Origin: an uncultured Pseudomonadota bacterium
Lineage (GTDB): Bacteria > Babelota > Babeliae > Babelales > UBA12411
DNA: 64,000 nt
Assembly: GCA_964491895.1 (NCBI GenBank)
Contig: CAZBHK010000003.1
Span: forward strand, 6,723 to 70,722
Direction of reading: 5' to 3'
This document shows, piece after piece, positions 10,361-19,818 of this stretch. The stretch's first letter is position 1, and each line of letters starts with the position of its first letter. The notes under the pieces are model-generated. The model did no database searches and was not told the DNA's origin. It saw nothing but the letters and a program-made list of their open reading frames with translations. Made by a program: the position numbers and the translations under genes.

Positions 10361-11209
10361 TTATTCTCCATCTATTACTATTCTTGCAATTTTATCACAG
10401 AACTTTATGGCATCAGTAAGTGTTTTTTGATGTATGTTTCTTCCTATAGCTGCACCCATTATTCCAACTTTTATTTGCTCGGAAAGTTTTTGTAAAAAAA
10501 GAGTTTCATTTATTTTTTCACCACCTGAGCACATGACTTTAGTTTTACCAGCAGCAAGGACTGCTTGGTTAAGAAGTTCGATTTTTATCGATGGATTAAC
10601 TTTTACAAAGTCTGCACCTAGTGCTGCTCCAACACCGGCCGCACCTGCAATTATGTTTTCATCGAATTCATTTTCTACAGCTTTGCCACGTGGATACATC
10701 CATAAGATTGCCAATAGTCCATTTTCATGCGCACTAGATATAACATCACAAGCCTGTTCAAGCATTAAGGATTCATATTTACTTCCTAGATAGACTGTGT
10801 ACCCAAGACCAATGATATTAAGGCCATTACTTTCTGCAAACTCTATAGATTTTCGAGGAGAATATAGAAATGAACTATTGGGTTCATCTTTAGATAAATT
10901 GGTTTTAGAATTTACTTTTATGACATAATTGATTTTAGAATAATTCATTCCATATCTTGCAATTAAGCCTAATTGCGTTGCAAATGCACCTATGCGTGCA
11001 TTACTGGCAATATCGAAAAGATGTTTTGGTGATGCATTTTCTATAGGAATACTAGGACCATAAAAATCTTTATTTAGATGTTCTATTTTTTGATCACCAG
11101 AAAATAGAAATAATCGGCCTGAGTCTTGTGTTGCATGTGAATAGTTACGTAGATATTTTTGATACTTACTTTTTGGAACGGTGAGAGGGATAGTATTTTC
11201 CATAGACAT
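10361..11209 (-). CDS. Class I (DhnA/archaeal-type) fructose-bisphosphate aldolase
   Basis: DQKIEH, LWMYPRG, ALGADFVK (Schiff-base Lys), GRNIHQ. Confidence 0.85.
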   Translation of the reverse strand: MSMENTIPLTVPKSKYQKYLRNYSHATQDSGRLFLFSGDQKIEHLNKDFYGPSIPIENASPKHLFDIASNARIGAFATQLGLIARYGMNYSKINYVIKVNSKTNLSKDEPNSSFLYSPRKSIEFAESNGLNIIGLGYTVYLGSKYESLMLEQACDVISSAHENGLLAILWMYPRGKAVENEFDENIIAGAAGVGAALGADFVKVNPSIKIELLNQAVLAAGKTKVMCSGGEKINETLFLQKLSEQIKVGIMGAAIGRNIHQKTLTDAIKFCDKIARIVIDGE

Positions 11210-11639
11210 AAATAACTCCTATTTTTAGCAAGCTTACATCAAAAAAATAATTAAAATCTATTGATTATTAATATCTCGTGTATAAATCCTTCAACTTTAG
11301 ATGGCTTTCATATTAATTTATCATTATTTAGAGCAAATTTTATTAGTAATAAATAGTTATCAATGACAGCATTAAAATTGTTAATTCAAGTAGCTCTGAT
11401 ATATTTCATACTTACAGAAATTATTTTCTACAGTATACTTAGGCCTTAAAGAGTGATTTATAATATTTCTTTTTGTTGAAGTAAAAATAAATATTATGGA
11501 AGTAGTTAAAGAATAGTGTTTTATTAAGATAGGTAATTATAATAGAATCTAGAATAGGTATCTTTGGCGAACTCTTTACAAGTAGACATTTATAAAGATA
11601 GATTAATAGATAAAGTTTGTTTTAAAAGAGGTATTGATC

Positions 11640-12035
11640 ATGAGTATGATGAAAAAGTTATTTTATATAGTAGTATTTATATTTCTAGGATTATTTTTTA
11701 CTTGGTTATTTAAGGCTAAGGCAGCTGAAGAGTCAGTAATATCTGAAGAGGGTCTTACTACTGAAATGAATTCTGAGGCAGGGGAAATGGGAGGTAATGA
11801 AACTAGTGAAATAGAACCTGAAAAGCCAGTAGAAGAAGTTATATCTGCGGCTCCTAGTGAAATTACACCAGATGGTGAAGAAGTTGTGACTCCAACTGAA
11901 GAGGAATTAGCTCCGGATCAATCTGTTGAAGAAGGTCAACCAGAAGAGATGATGCCTATCCCTTCAGAAGAACCTGCTGTTATGGAAGGCGAAGAAGAAA
12001 TGTCTTCTATGGAAGAAGAGATGCCTGAAGAATAA
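11640..12035 (+). CDS. Membrane-anchored acidic low-complexity protein
   Basis: One N-terminal TM segment, then an E/P/M-rich tail; GAGGT RBS; terminator follows. Confidence 0.75.
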   Translation: MSMMKKLFYIVVFIFLGLFFTWLFKAKAAEESVISEEGLTTEMNSEAGEMGGNETSEIEPEKPVEEVISAAPSEITPDGEEVVTPTEEELAPDQSVEEGQPEEMMPIPSEEPAVMEGEEEMSSMEEEMPEE

Positions 12036-12059
12036 ATTTTATTAATTAATTTTGATTAT

Positions 12060-12089
12060 AAAGGGTGCCTTATTTGGCACCCTTTTTTT
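12060..12089 (+). terminator. Intrinsic terminator
   Basis: AAAGGGTGCC-ttattt-GGCACCC followed by T7. Confidence 0.8.
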
Positions 12090-12164
12090 GTGTTAATTGA
12101 AATTATTGTAAAGAATGAGTAGTTTTTTCATAAATATTATTCATATATTAAGAAAAGATTTTTA

Positions 12165-14762
12165 ATGAATATTTATGAAAAAAGTGTAGAGCAGGTTATT
12201 AAAGCTTTTAATACAGATTTAATTAAAGGCTTAAGTTTTAGTGAAGCTAAAGAGTATTTAAAGAAATATGGTCCTAATATTATTCCAATAAAAAGACCAT
12301 TAACTTATTTGGAAATTTTTTTATCTCAATTTAAGAATCCATTAATTTATATTTTGATTGCAGCAGCAGCAATAATATTTTTTTTCGATAATAAAGAAGA
12401 TGCTTTTTTTATAAGTTTTATTCTTTTATTAAATGCTCTTGTTGGAACATATCAGGAGGGTCGTTCTGGAAATATTTTGAATAAATTACAAAAAATTATG
12501 CATACACATAGTGTTGTAATTCGAGATGGTAAGCGTCACATAATTGAATCTAGCGATCTGGTTCCTGGTGATTTGATTCTTGTAGTAGAAGGAGATCAGG
12601 TTCCTGCTGATGCAAGAATTATTGAGGTGTCTAACCTTGAGGTAGATGAGTCAAGTTTATCTGGTGAAAGTATTCCAATTATTAAAATTACTAAAAAACT
12701 TTCTGGTAAGCAGCCATTTTTTGAACAAAGAAATATGATTTTTAGTGGTACATATGTTACGCGCGGCAGTGCTAAGGCTATTGTTTCAAGTACTGGTATT
12801 TTTACTACTATAGGTTTTATAAAAAAAGAGATTGAAGGTATAGATACTAAGATTCCACTTATATCTAGCATAGAAAAAATAGCCTTTATTGCATTGTGGG
12901 CTGTTATTTTTATTTGCGTCGCATTATTTTTTTTAGGTATTTTAACAGGCAAGGATGTTAAGTCTATGCTTACAATGTTAGCTGCTTTATTTATATGTGT
13001 TGTTCCAGAAGGATTGCCTGTAATTGTAACGCTTATCCTTGCTATGGGTGTAGCTAGACTTGCTAAGAAAAATGTTTTGGTAAAGCGTCTTGCTGCTGTA
13101 GAGGGTTTAGGTCAAGCTGATGTTATAGCTATAGATAAGACTGGTACGCTTACGAAAAATGAGGTTATTGTTGAAAAAATAATAACTAACTCGGGTATAG
13201 AAATAGCTAGTGATCTTAGTGATAAAAAAATAGCTTTTATAGCAGCATTGATTAGTGGTGCTCAAATTGATAAAGAGACAACTACAGAGGTTAGTATTAA
13301 AGGGGATCCAACAGAAGTTTCACTTACGAAGTTTGGATTGTTATTTGGATTTGATAAGTTTGATTTAGAAAAGCAATTAAGTTTATTTAAGGAGATTTCA
13401 TTTAGTGTTAAAAGGAAACTTAAAGCTATTTTTGTTAAGGTAAAGCAGGCTAATTGTTTTTTAGATTATAATAAAGTTTATTTATTTGTTTTAGGTGCAC
13501 CAGAAGCTTTAGATGAGTTGGTTGGTTCAAGTAATGATTTTATCAATATTTTTTTAAAGGATGGTTATCGTGTTCTATCTTTAGCAGAAAAATCGTTTAC
13601 TCAAGATGAATGGCTTGCATATGAAAAAGAATATTTACAAGATCCGGAGCTAGAAAAATTTTATGATAGAGGATTAAGTGAATTAAAGTTTACGGCAAGT
13701 TATGGAATGCAAGATGAAATAAGGCCTGATGTTTTTAAAACTATTCAATATGTAAAAAATAATGACATTCACGTTGTGATGATTACGGGTGATCATTTAG
13801 AAACTGCAAAGGCTATAGCTCAAAAAAGTGGAATCTTAAGTGAATATGAATTATCTGTTACAGGTAAGGATTTGGAAATTAATGATATTGAAAAGATATC
13901 TGTTTTTGCCAGAGTATCTCCTCAAGAAAAATTAACTATTATAAAAAAGTTTCAAAAGAATGGTCATATCGTTGCTATGACAGGAGATGGAGTTAATGAC
14001 GTTCCAAGTTTAGTTGCGGCAGACTTAGGTATAGCTATGGGTCAAATTGGAACAGAAGTAGCCAAAGAAGCTTCAGACATTATCATCATGGATGATTCCT
14101 TTGGATCTATAGTAGAAGCGATAGAAGAGGGGCGACATATCTTTAATATTTTGAAAAAAGTTTTATTATATTTTTTTGCTACTAATTCAGCAGAAATTTT
14201 AATCATACTTTTTGCATTAGCTATTAAATTTCCATTACCTTTATTAGCTATACAAATTTTATGGTTAAATCTTATTACTGATGGAGTATTAAATCTAGCA
14301 TTATCAATGGAACCTAAAAATGAATTAAAAGAAGAGTCTTTTTCTAAGGTAGAGACCATTTTGATAAATAAAAATTTATTTTTTAGAGTGCTTTATATGT
14401 CTGTGCCTATGGCCTTAGGCAGTTTGTACTTATTTAATTTTTATTTATCTCATGGGATTATGAAGGCTCGAACAGTTACATTTTTTACAATGGCATTTTT
14501 TCAAATGTTTAATGTTTGGAATTGTAGATCTGAAAGAGATTCTGTTTTTTTTAGTGGATTATTCTCTAATGTGTATTTATTAGGTAGTTCAATTTTGATT
14601 TTTGGTTTGCAATTAAGTATGGTTTATTTTAAACCAATGCAATTATTTTTTAAAACTATAAAGTTAAATTTACAGGATTGGTTGCTTATATTGCTTATTA
14701 GTTCAATGATTATTGTTTTGGAAGAGTTACGCAAACTGTATCTTCGTGTAACTAGGCGATAA
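12165..14762 (+). CDS. Cation-transporting P-type ATPase (type IIA/Ca2+-like)
   Basis: PEGL, DKTGTLT, SGES (TGES variant), MITGD, TGDGVND, LWLNLITD. Confidence 0.92.
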   Translation: MNIYEKSVEQVIKAFNTDLIKGLSFSEAKEYLKKYGPNIIPIKRPLTYLEIFLSQFKNPLIYILIAAAAIIFFFDNKEDAFFISFILLLNALVGTYQEGRSGNILNKLQKIMHTHSVVIRDGKRHIIESSDLVPGDLILVVEGDQVPADARIIEVSNLEVDESSLSGESIPIIKITKKLSGKQPFFEQRNMIFSGTYVTRGSAKAIVSSTGIFTTIGFIKKEIEGIDTKIPLISSIEKIAFIALWAVIFICVALFFLGILTGKDVKSMLTMLAALFICVVPEGLPVIVTLILAMGVARLAKKNVLVKRLAAVEGLGQADVIAIDKTGTLTKNEVIVEKIITNSGIEIASDLSDKKIAFIAALISGAQIDKETTTEVSIKGDPTEVSLTKFGLLFGFDKFDLEKQLSLFKEISFSVKRKLKAIFVKVKQANCFLDYNKVYLFVLGAPEALDELVGSSNDFINIFLKDGYRVLSLAEKSFTQDEWLAYEKEYLQDPELEKFYDRGLSELKFTASYGMQDEIRPDVFKTIQYVKNNDIHVVMITGDHLETAKAIAQKSGILSEYELSVTGKDLEINDIEKISVFARVSPQEKLTIIKKFQKNGHIVAMTGDGVNDVPSLVAADLGIAMGQIGTEVAKEASDIIIMDDSFGSIVEAIEEGRHIFNILKKVLLYFFATNSAEILIILFALAIKFPLPLLAIQILWLNLITDGVLNLALSMEPKNELKEESFSKVETILINKNLFFRVLYMSVPMALGSLYLFNFYLSHGIMKARTVTFFTMAFFQMFNVWNCRSERDSVFFSGLFSNVYLLGSSILIFGLQLSMVYFKPMQLFFKTIKLNLQDWLLILLISSMIIVLEELRKLYLRVTRR

Positions 14763-14771
14763 GTTTTTTCC

Positions 14772-14800
14772 TTGACATAGGAATGGCTGATTGTTACCAT
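14772..14800 (+). promoter_or_regulatory. Sigma70-type promoter with no downstream + strand CDS
   Basis: TTGACA-N17-TACCAT. Confidence 0.6.
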
Positions 14801-14806
14801 TTGATA

Positions 14807-14909
14807 ATTGAAAGATAGAGTTTAAGACGTCCCTAAATGAACAGTACTTTATTGTATTGTTCGCCCCCCCAACCCTCCGACTTGTTCTAAGTTGGAGGGA
14901 CTTTTATTT
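14807..14909 (+). ncRNA. Candidate small RNA (about 100 nt)
   Basis: Lies after the promoter; hairpin GAACAGTAC-tttatt-GTATTGTTC, C7 linker, then hairpin CCCTCCGACTT-gttct-AAGTTGGAGGG and a T-rich tail. Confidence 0.45.
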
Positions 14910-15293
14910 CTCAACAATCTGACTTGCTGGACCCTCAATTAGAATATTATTGATTTTAAAAATTCCGCGTATTACGTAACATGCGGTATGTTTAGATTTA
15001 TCTACGAATATTGTTTTAGTAATAATATGTTTATTTACCGGTTGCTTTCTAATAAATTTATTTTTAGAAAAATGATAAACATTATAACCAATTAGATTTT
15101 CATGCTTAATAGAAAACCAGGTTATTCTATTTTTATTTTGAAATTTTTCTATCCAAACTCCCTTTACAGTCGGAAAATTAAGTTTATTTATTTTTGATGA
15201 TCTTGAAGTTTGATTATAAGTAAAAAAATTTCTTCGTTTTTTTCCACATTGTGGAAATAGTAATAACAAAACTAATAAGTAATACCTGTTCAT
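14904..15293 (-). CDS. Putative lipoprotein, fibronectin-III-like
   Basis: LLVLLLLFPQC-GKK lipobox-like; ITW..IGYNVY..FVD..YVIR..EGPAS pattern. Confidence 0.55.
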   Translation of the reverse strand: MNRYYLLVLLLLFPQCGKKRRNFFTYNQTSRSSKINKLNFPTVKGVWIEKFQNKNRITWFSIKHENLIGYNVYHFSKNKFIRKQPVNKHIITKTIFVDKSKHTACYVIRGIFKINNILIEGPASQIVEK

Positions 15294-15308
15294 TATCAAT
15301 TAATGCTG

Positions 15309-16823
15309 CTATTGATTACTTTTTAAAAAAGAAAATTTATATTCAGAGGCATGTCTTTTTATTTTTTCTAAAGTTTCATGACTAAGTTCTTGTGTTTCTA
15401 AAATAATGTTATAAGTCTCTGGATATACCTTGTTTATGTAGCTTGCACATTGATCAGCAAATGATTTTATATCAGATAATTCAAGATCGTTTAAGAAACT
15501 TTCTTCGAGTAAAACTAAAAAAATAACTTCATCTGCTAAAGAATAAGTTTGTTGTTGTGTTTGTTTTAATAATTCTATTGCTCGTATTCCTCTATCTATT
15601 GCTCGCTGACTTGCTCTGTCTAACTCTGAGCCAAATTGAGCAAAAGCCTGTAAACCTTCATATTGTGCAAGTTCTAATTTTAAAGATCCTGCAATTTTTT
15701 TAATAGCTTTTGTTTGCGCAGCTCCACCAACACGTGATACTGATAATCCAATATTGACTGCAGGACGAATGCCTTTGTTAAAAAGATTGGTGTCTAAAAA
15801 AATTTGTCCATCAGTTATAGAAATTAAGTTAGTTGGAATATATGCTGTTATATCATCACCTTGTGTTTGTATGATAGGTATAGCTGTTAGTGAGCCATTA
15901 CCCATCTCCTTAGAAAATTTCGCCGCTCTTTCTAATAATCTAGAATGAATATAGAAAATATCTCCAGGATATGCTTCACGTCCTGGTGGCCTTCTGAGTA
16001 ATAATGAAAGTTCTCTATATGCTATGGCATGGTTGCTCAAGCTATCATATATGATTAAGACATCATGACCTTGTTTCGCTAAATATTCTCCTATTGTACA
16101 ACCTGTATAAGGAGCCAAAAATTGATCGATTGCACTGTCTTTAGCATCAGCATTTATAATAATTGAGTATTTAAGTGCGTCATGTTGTTCTAATATATTT
16201 ACAATTTTTGCAGTATTAACTTGTTTTTGACCAATGTTTACATAGATACAAATAACATTCTTGTCTTTTTGATTAAGAATCATTGAAATTGCAATTGAAG
16301 TTTTACCTGTATTTCTATTACCAATTAATAATTCTCGTTGTCCCTTACCTATTGGTATTAGGCTATCTATGAGAGTGATACCAGTTTCTAATGGTTGATG
16401 AACAGGGGTTCTATCAACGATACCTGGAGCGATTTGCTCTATAGGCATTTTTACCGATGTTTTTATTGGATCTAGTTTATCAATAGGATTACCTATTGCA
16501 TTGATTACTCTGCCTAAGAGTTCTTTGCCTACTGGTACAGATAAAACATTTCCAGTTCTTTTTGCTATTTCTTGTTCATTAACACTTATGGTATTGTTTA
16601 GCAATACAACTGAAACGTAATCTTCCTTGAGATCAAGCACTATTCCTTGGTTACCATTCTCAAATTTGATGAGTTCGCCATATACAGCATTAGATAGTCC
16701 ATAAATAGTTGCGATACCATCGCCTATTTTGATTACAGTTCCAACCTCATCTAATTTTTCTTGAGGTTGTTCACTTAAAGATTTTTCTAATAACGAAATA
16801 AGATCTGTTTCTCTATTTAACAT
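15309..16823 (-). CDS. atpA: F1 ATP synthase alpha subunit
   Basis: PIGKGQRELLIGNRNTGKT, RRPPGREAYPGDIFYIHSRLLERA. Confidence 0.97.
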   Translation of the reverse strand: MLNRETDLISLLEKSLSEQPQEKLDEVGTVIKIGDGIATIYGLSNAVYGELIKFENGNQGIVLDLKEDYVSVVLLNNTISVNEQEIAKRTGNVLSVPVGKELLGRVINAIGNPIDKLDPIKTSVKMPIEQIAPGIVDRTPVHQPLETGITLIDSLIPIGKGQRELLIGNRNTGKTSIAISMILNQKDKNVICIYVNIGQKQVNTAKIVNILEQHDALKYSIIINADAKDSAIDQFLAPYTGCTIGEYLAKQGHDVLIIYDSLSNHAIAYRELSLLLRRPPGREAYPGDIFYIHSRLLERAAKFSKEMGNGSLTAIPIIQTQGDDITAYIPTNLISITDGQIFLDTNLFNKGIRPAVNIGLSVSRVGGAAQTKAIKKIAGSLKLELAQYEGLQAFAQFGSELDRASQRAIDRGIRAIELLKQTQQQTYSLADEVIFLVLLEESFLNDLELSDIKSFADQCASYINKVYPETYNIILETQELSHETLEKIKRHASEYKFSFLKSNQ

Positions 16824-17380
16824 TATGCCTCTACCTTTGTAATTGATATTGTATGGCTAACTTTCATAAGTTCTTTTTTTATTGAGCGTTCCCATAAGAA
16901 AGAACTGCCTTCTATTCTTATTCCAACAATAAGGTTTTCATCGACTTCAAAATTTGTTCTGATAGTACTGTTATTAAGTTTTTGAATAAGTTTAACAATT
17001 ATTTTTTTCTCGGATATTGTTAATGAATGTGATGTTAATACTTTGAAAAAAACTAGATTAGTTTTTTTTTCATATTCTAATCGAATGAATTTAAGTACTT
17101 TGTCTAGAAGGGATATTCTACCCTCTAATAGTAAAGTATTCATTAATAATAAAATTGGTTTTTTAAATTGAAAATTTTGTGTAATTTTTTCTAATGCAAT
17201 TTTCTTTGTTTTTAGGTTTATACTTGGAATAGTAAGTGAAATATAGAAATATTTATTTTTATGTAAAAATGCTTCTAATATCTCAAGACTCTCCATTTCA
17301 TTTACATGAAGATCTTTTATGTATAGATTTAAAAAAGCAGAGGCATACTTTTTTGAAATAATATCTTCTGACCAATTCAT
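16823..17380 (-). CDS. atpH: ATP synthase delta subunit
   Basis: KKYASAF N-terminus, VDENLIVGIRI C-terminus; position before atpA. Confidence 0.85.
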   Translation of the reverse strand: MNWSEDIISKKYASAFLNLYIKDLHVNEMESLEILEAFLHKNKYFYISLTIPSINLKTKKIALEKITQNFQFKKPILLLMNTLLLEGRISLLDKVLKFIRLEYEKKTNLVFFKVLTSHSLTISEKKIIVKLIQKLNNSTIRTNFEVDENLIVGIRIEGSSFLWERSIKKELMKVSHTISITKVEA

Positions 17381-17390
17381 AGAATCTTCT

Positions 17391-17888
17391 TTACGTAGTT
17401 ATATTATTTTCAAGTTTAATAATTAATTTTTCAAGAAGTTCTTTACCATTGTCTTTTGCATATATTATAAATTCTTCTCTTGCAAGCTTAACAGCTTCAG
17501 GTAGTACTTCTTGTTGCATTTTTTCTATGTGAAGATGTTTATTTTGTAATATATGTTTTTGATGTATTTGTTCTATAAGTAATTTATTTTGAAGATCTCT
17601 ATTTTTTGCTTCTTCTTTTACTATGTTATGCCATTTTTTAATTTTATTTTCTAGATTATGAAGATACTCAGTTTGTCTTTCGATCTGATTATCTAAAGTA
17701 TTACCAGTTGCAGAAAGCAGAGATTGTTTATCTAATAGAGACTGTTTATATTTTTTAAGCTCGTCTATTTGATGATATAACATTGGTAAAATATATTCCA
17801 TTGTTGCTTTATACATTACTATTGAAAATAGGGAAAAAATAAATAATTGATAAAGTACATCAATAAAAAAATCGAAATTAACGAACAC
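17391..17888 (-). CDS. atpF: ATP synthase F0 subunit b (divergent)
   Basis: N-terminal TM plus coiled coil; operon position. Confidence 0.65.
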   Translation of the reverse strand: MFVNFDFFIDVLYQLFIFSLFSIVMYKATMEYILPMLYHQIDELKKYKQSLLDKQSLLSATGNTLDNQIERQTEYLHNLENKIKKWHNIVKEEAKNRDLQNKLLIEQIHQKHILQNKHLHIEKMQQEVLPEAVKLAREEFIIYAKDNGKELLEKLIIKLENNITT

Positions 17889-18231
17889 GTGGAACCTCTT
17901 GAATAATTAGATCTTTAATTCTTGTTGTTAAGCTTTTTATTTCAGAGAGATTTCGCTTATAACTTATTTCTTGTGGTATATCAGGAAGTTTATTAGGTGG
18001 TAATATAAAGTTCTGTTGTATTTTTTTTTGAAAATCTAAGAGATTGCTTTTTTTTATTTTTTCTTTTGCCAAAATGAATGCTTCTTGTTTATTAATATTA
18101 AGATTTAGCTCTCGTTTTTCATGTTCACGTTTTTCTATATTATCTATAGTAGGTTTAAAAATAACTTTTTTTAAAACTCTATAAGTTATATAGAAATTTA
18201 TTATTTGAATCAAAAGAGTAAAGTTAATCAT
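17878..18231 (-). CDS. ATP synthase F0 subunit b'
   Basis: INFTLLIQIINF..LKKVIFKP is typical of b/b'. Confidence 0.7.
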   Translation of the reverse strand: MINFTLLIQIINFYITYRVLKKVIFKPTIDNIEKREHEKRELNLNINKQEAFILAKEKIKKSNLLDFQKKIQQNFILPPNKLPDIPQEISYKRNLSEIKSLTTRIKDLIIQEVPRVR

Positions 18232-18237
18232 TTAATT

Positions 18238-18492
18238 TTATCTACCCATAAATATAAGTAGCATGGCTATAATAAAACAATAAAGTGCAGAAGTTTCTGT
18301 TATAGCTAGAGCTCCTAACATTGTACGCATTATTTTACCAGAAGCTTCAGGTTTTCTACCAACAGCTTCACAAGCTTTAGCGCCTGTTATCCCTTGACCT
18401 ATTGCAGGTCCAAATGCACCAAATCCCATGCAGATACCAGACCCAATAAGAGCAGCAACTCTTACCCAGTTTATTGATTCTTCTATTGGCAT
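18238..18492 (-). CDS. atpE: ATP synthase F0 subunit c
   Basis: GxGxxG helix, RKPEA loop, conserved Glu in ITETSALY. Confidence 0.96.
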   Translation of the reverse strand: MPIEESINWVRVAALIGSGICMGFGAFGPAIGQGITGAKACEAVGRKPEASGKIMRTMLGALAITETSALYCFIIAMLLIFMGR

Positions 18493-18717
18493 AATGAGTT
18501 CCTTTCAAAGTTAAAAATATAGTCATTGTAACTATTGTTTTCTAGTATGATGTTATTATTCATTATTTGTCAAACAAAAAAGGGGTTTTTCTCTAATAAA
18601 TCTAGGTTTTTATATGCTTTTTGTTGGTTCCATCTATGGCTTTTGACTGACATTTAACTTCTGATAAGTTGGAGGTATGGAATTTTTGAAGATTTATTCT
18701 TTTTGAGAGGATGCAAT

Positions 18718-19140
18718 ATGAAAAAAAATAATATATTAAAGACAGCCATCTTTTCTCTATGTGCTTTAAGCCCTTTTTTATATGGAAAAGAGAGTGTTTT
18801 TGGACATATGGTTTCTTTCTCTAAGGAAAAGCCCTTAGATTACAATGATAAAACACATATAAAAGATGTTTTAGTATTAATGGAGAGATCTTGTTCTAGT
18901 ATTGGTAGAAATGCTTTAAAGGCTTTTAGGGTTCTTTATGATAGAGGCAATATACAAGAACATGAGATAATCGCTATTGCAATGGTTCATCGTAGAGCAG
19001 AGCAAGATATTATTAGTTCTGGTAAAAAACTAGTCAATGAACTTAAATCAAGAGAGCTAATTAAGGATTCAACTTTATTAGAAACGGCTTTATCTGGTGA
19101 CCATAATGCGTTAATATCTTTAAAAGGTTTATTAAAATAA
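18718..19140 (+). CDS. Hypothetical secreted protein
   Basis: GAGGA RBS before ATG 18718; signal-peptide-like MKKNNILKTAIFSLCALSPFLYG. Confidence 0.7.
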   Translation: MKKNNILKTAIFSLCALSPFLYGKESVFGHMVSFSKEKPLDYNDKTHIKDVLVLMERSCSSIGRNALKAFRVLYDRGNIQEHEIIAIAMVHRRAEQDIISSGKKLVNELKSRELIKDSTLLETALSGDHNALISLKGLLK

Positions 19141-19146
19141 TTTATT

Positions 19147-19593
19147 ATGAAAATATTAACTAGAATATTATCTGTATTTCTTATAGCTACCTCGGTATAC
19201 GCAGGTTCCAATATATATTTTTATGGAACTGAGATACCTTGGACAGGATTAAATAAAGCTAAGATTGATATAGATAAACAAGATAAAATACAGCTTATGT
19301 TTCTTCTTGAGAATTCTGCTAAGAATTCAAGAAAGTATGCGAAATCAGCTGCATTTTTTGAAGCTATAAGAATACTTATTAATTCAGATAAAAAGCTTGA
19401 CGCAATGCAATTATCTTCAAGTTTATCCTTATATAAGGAAGAGCCTATTAAATTAGCTCAGGAGATCAGTAAAGAGCTTTATGATATTCTTAATCAAAAT
19501 AAGTTATTAATGAGTTCAGATAAATGGAAAGATGCCTTTACTGCTAAGGGTAACTGGGAACCATTTAGAAAATATGCTGCCTGGCTTAAATAG
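19147..19593 (+). CDS. Hypothetical secreted protein, possible distant paralog of upstream gene
   Basis: Signal peptide MKILTRILSVFLIATSVYA; similar length and helical pattern. Confidence 0.7.
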   Translation: MKILTRILSVFLIATSVYAGSNIYFYGTEIPWTGLNKAKIDIDKQDKIQLMFLLENSAKNSRKYAKSAAFFEAIRILINSDKKLDAMQLSSSLSLYKEEPIKLAQEISKELYDILNQNKLLMSSDKWKDAFTAKGNWEPFRKYAAWLK

Positions 19594-19818
19594 CTATTAC
19601 TTTGTCTTTTCTCATGTCTAATGTAATAATTTTAGCTCATTAATTTTCTGATGTTATATTTATTATTTGTTCAGCTATTTGTTGTGTTTTAAAAATAAAT
19701 TAAAGGATTTTTAGTAATAAAGACTGCAATAATGAGGTTATATTACTAGTACTGGATTCAGAAATTTATTTAATTTATGGGAATAAATAGACGGATTTAT
19801 TGTAAATAGTAATTTGGT

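Noticed and set aside
11210-11633. Possible decayed gene or origin in an AT-rich 420-bp gap
   Set aside because: Only short interrupted frames and no DnaA boxes seen; compatible with divergent promoters.
15309-18492. N-ATPase operon
   Set aside because: A delta subunit is present and atpQ/atpR are not seen, so it is a split F-type enzyme.
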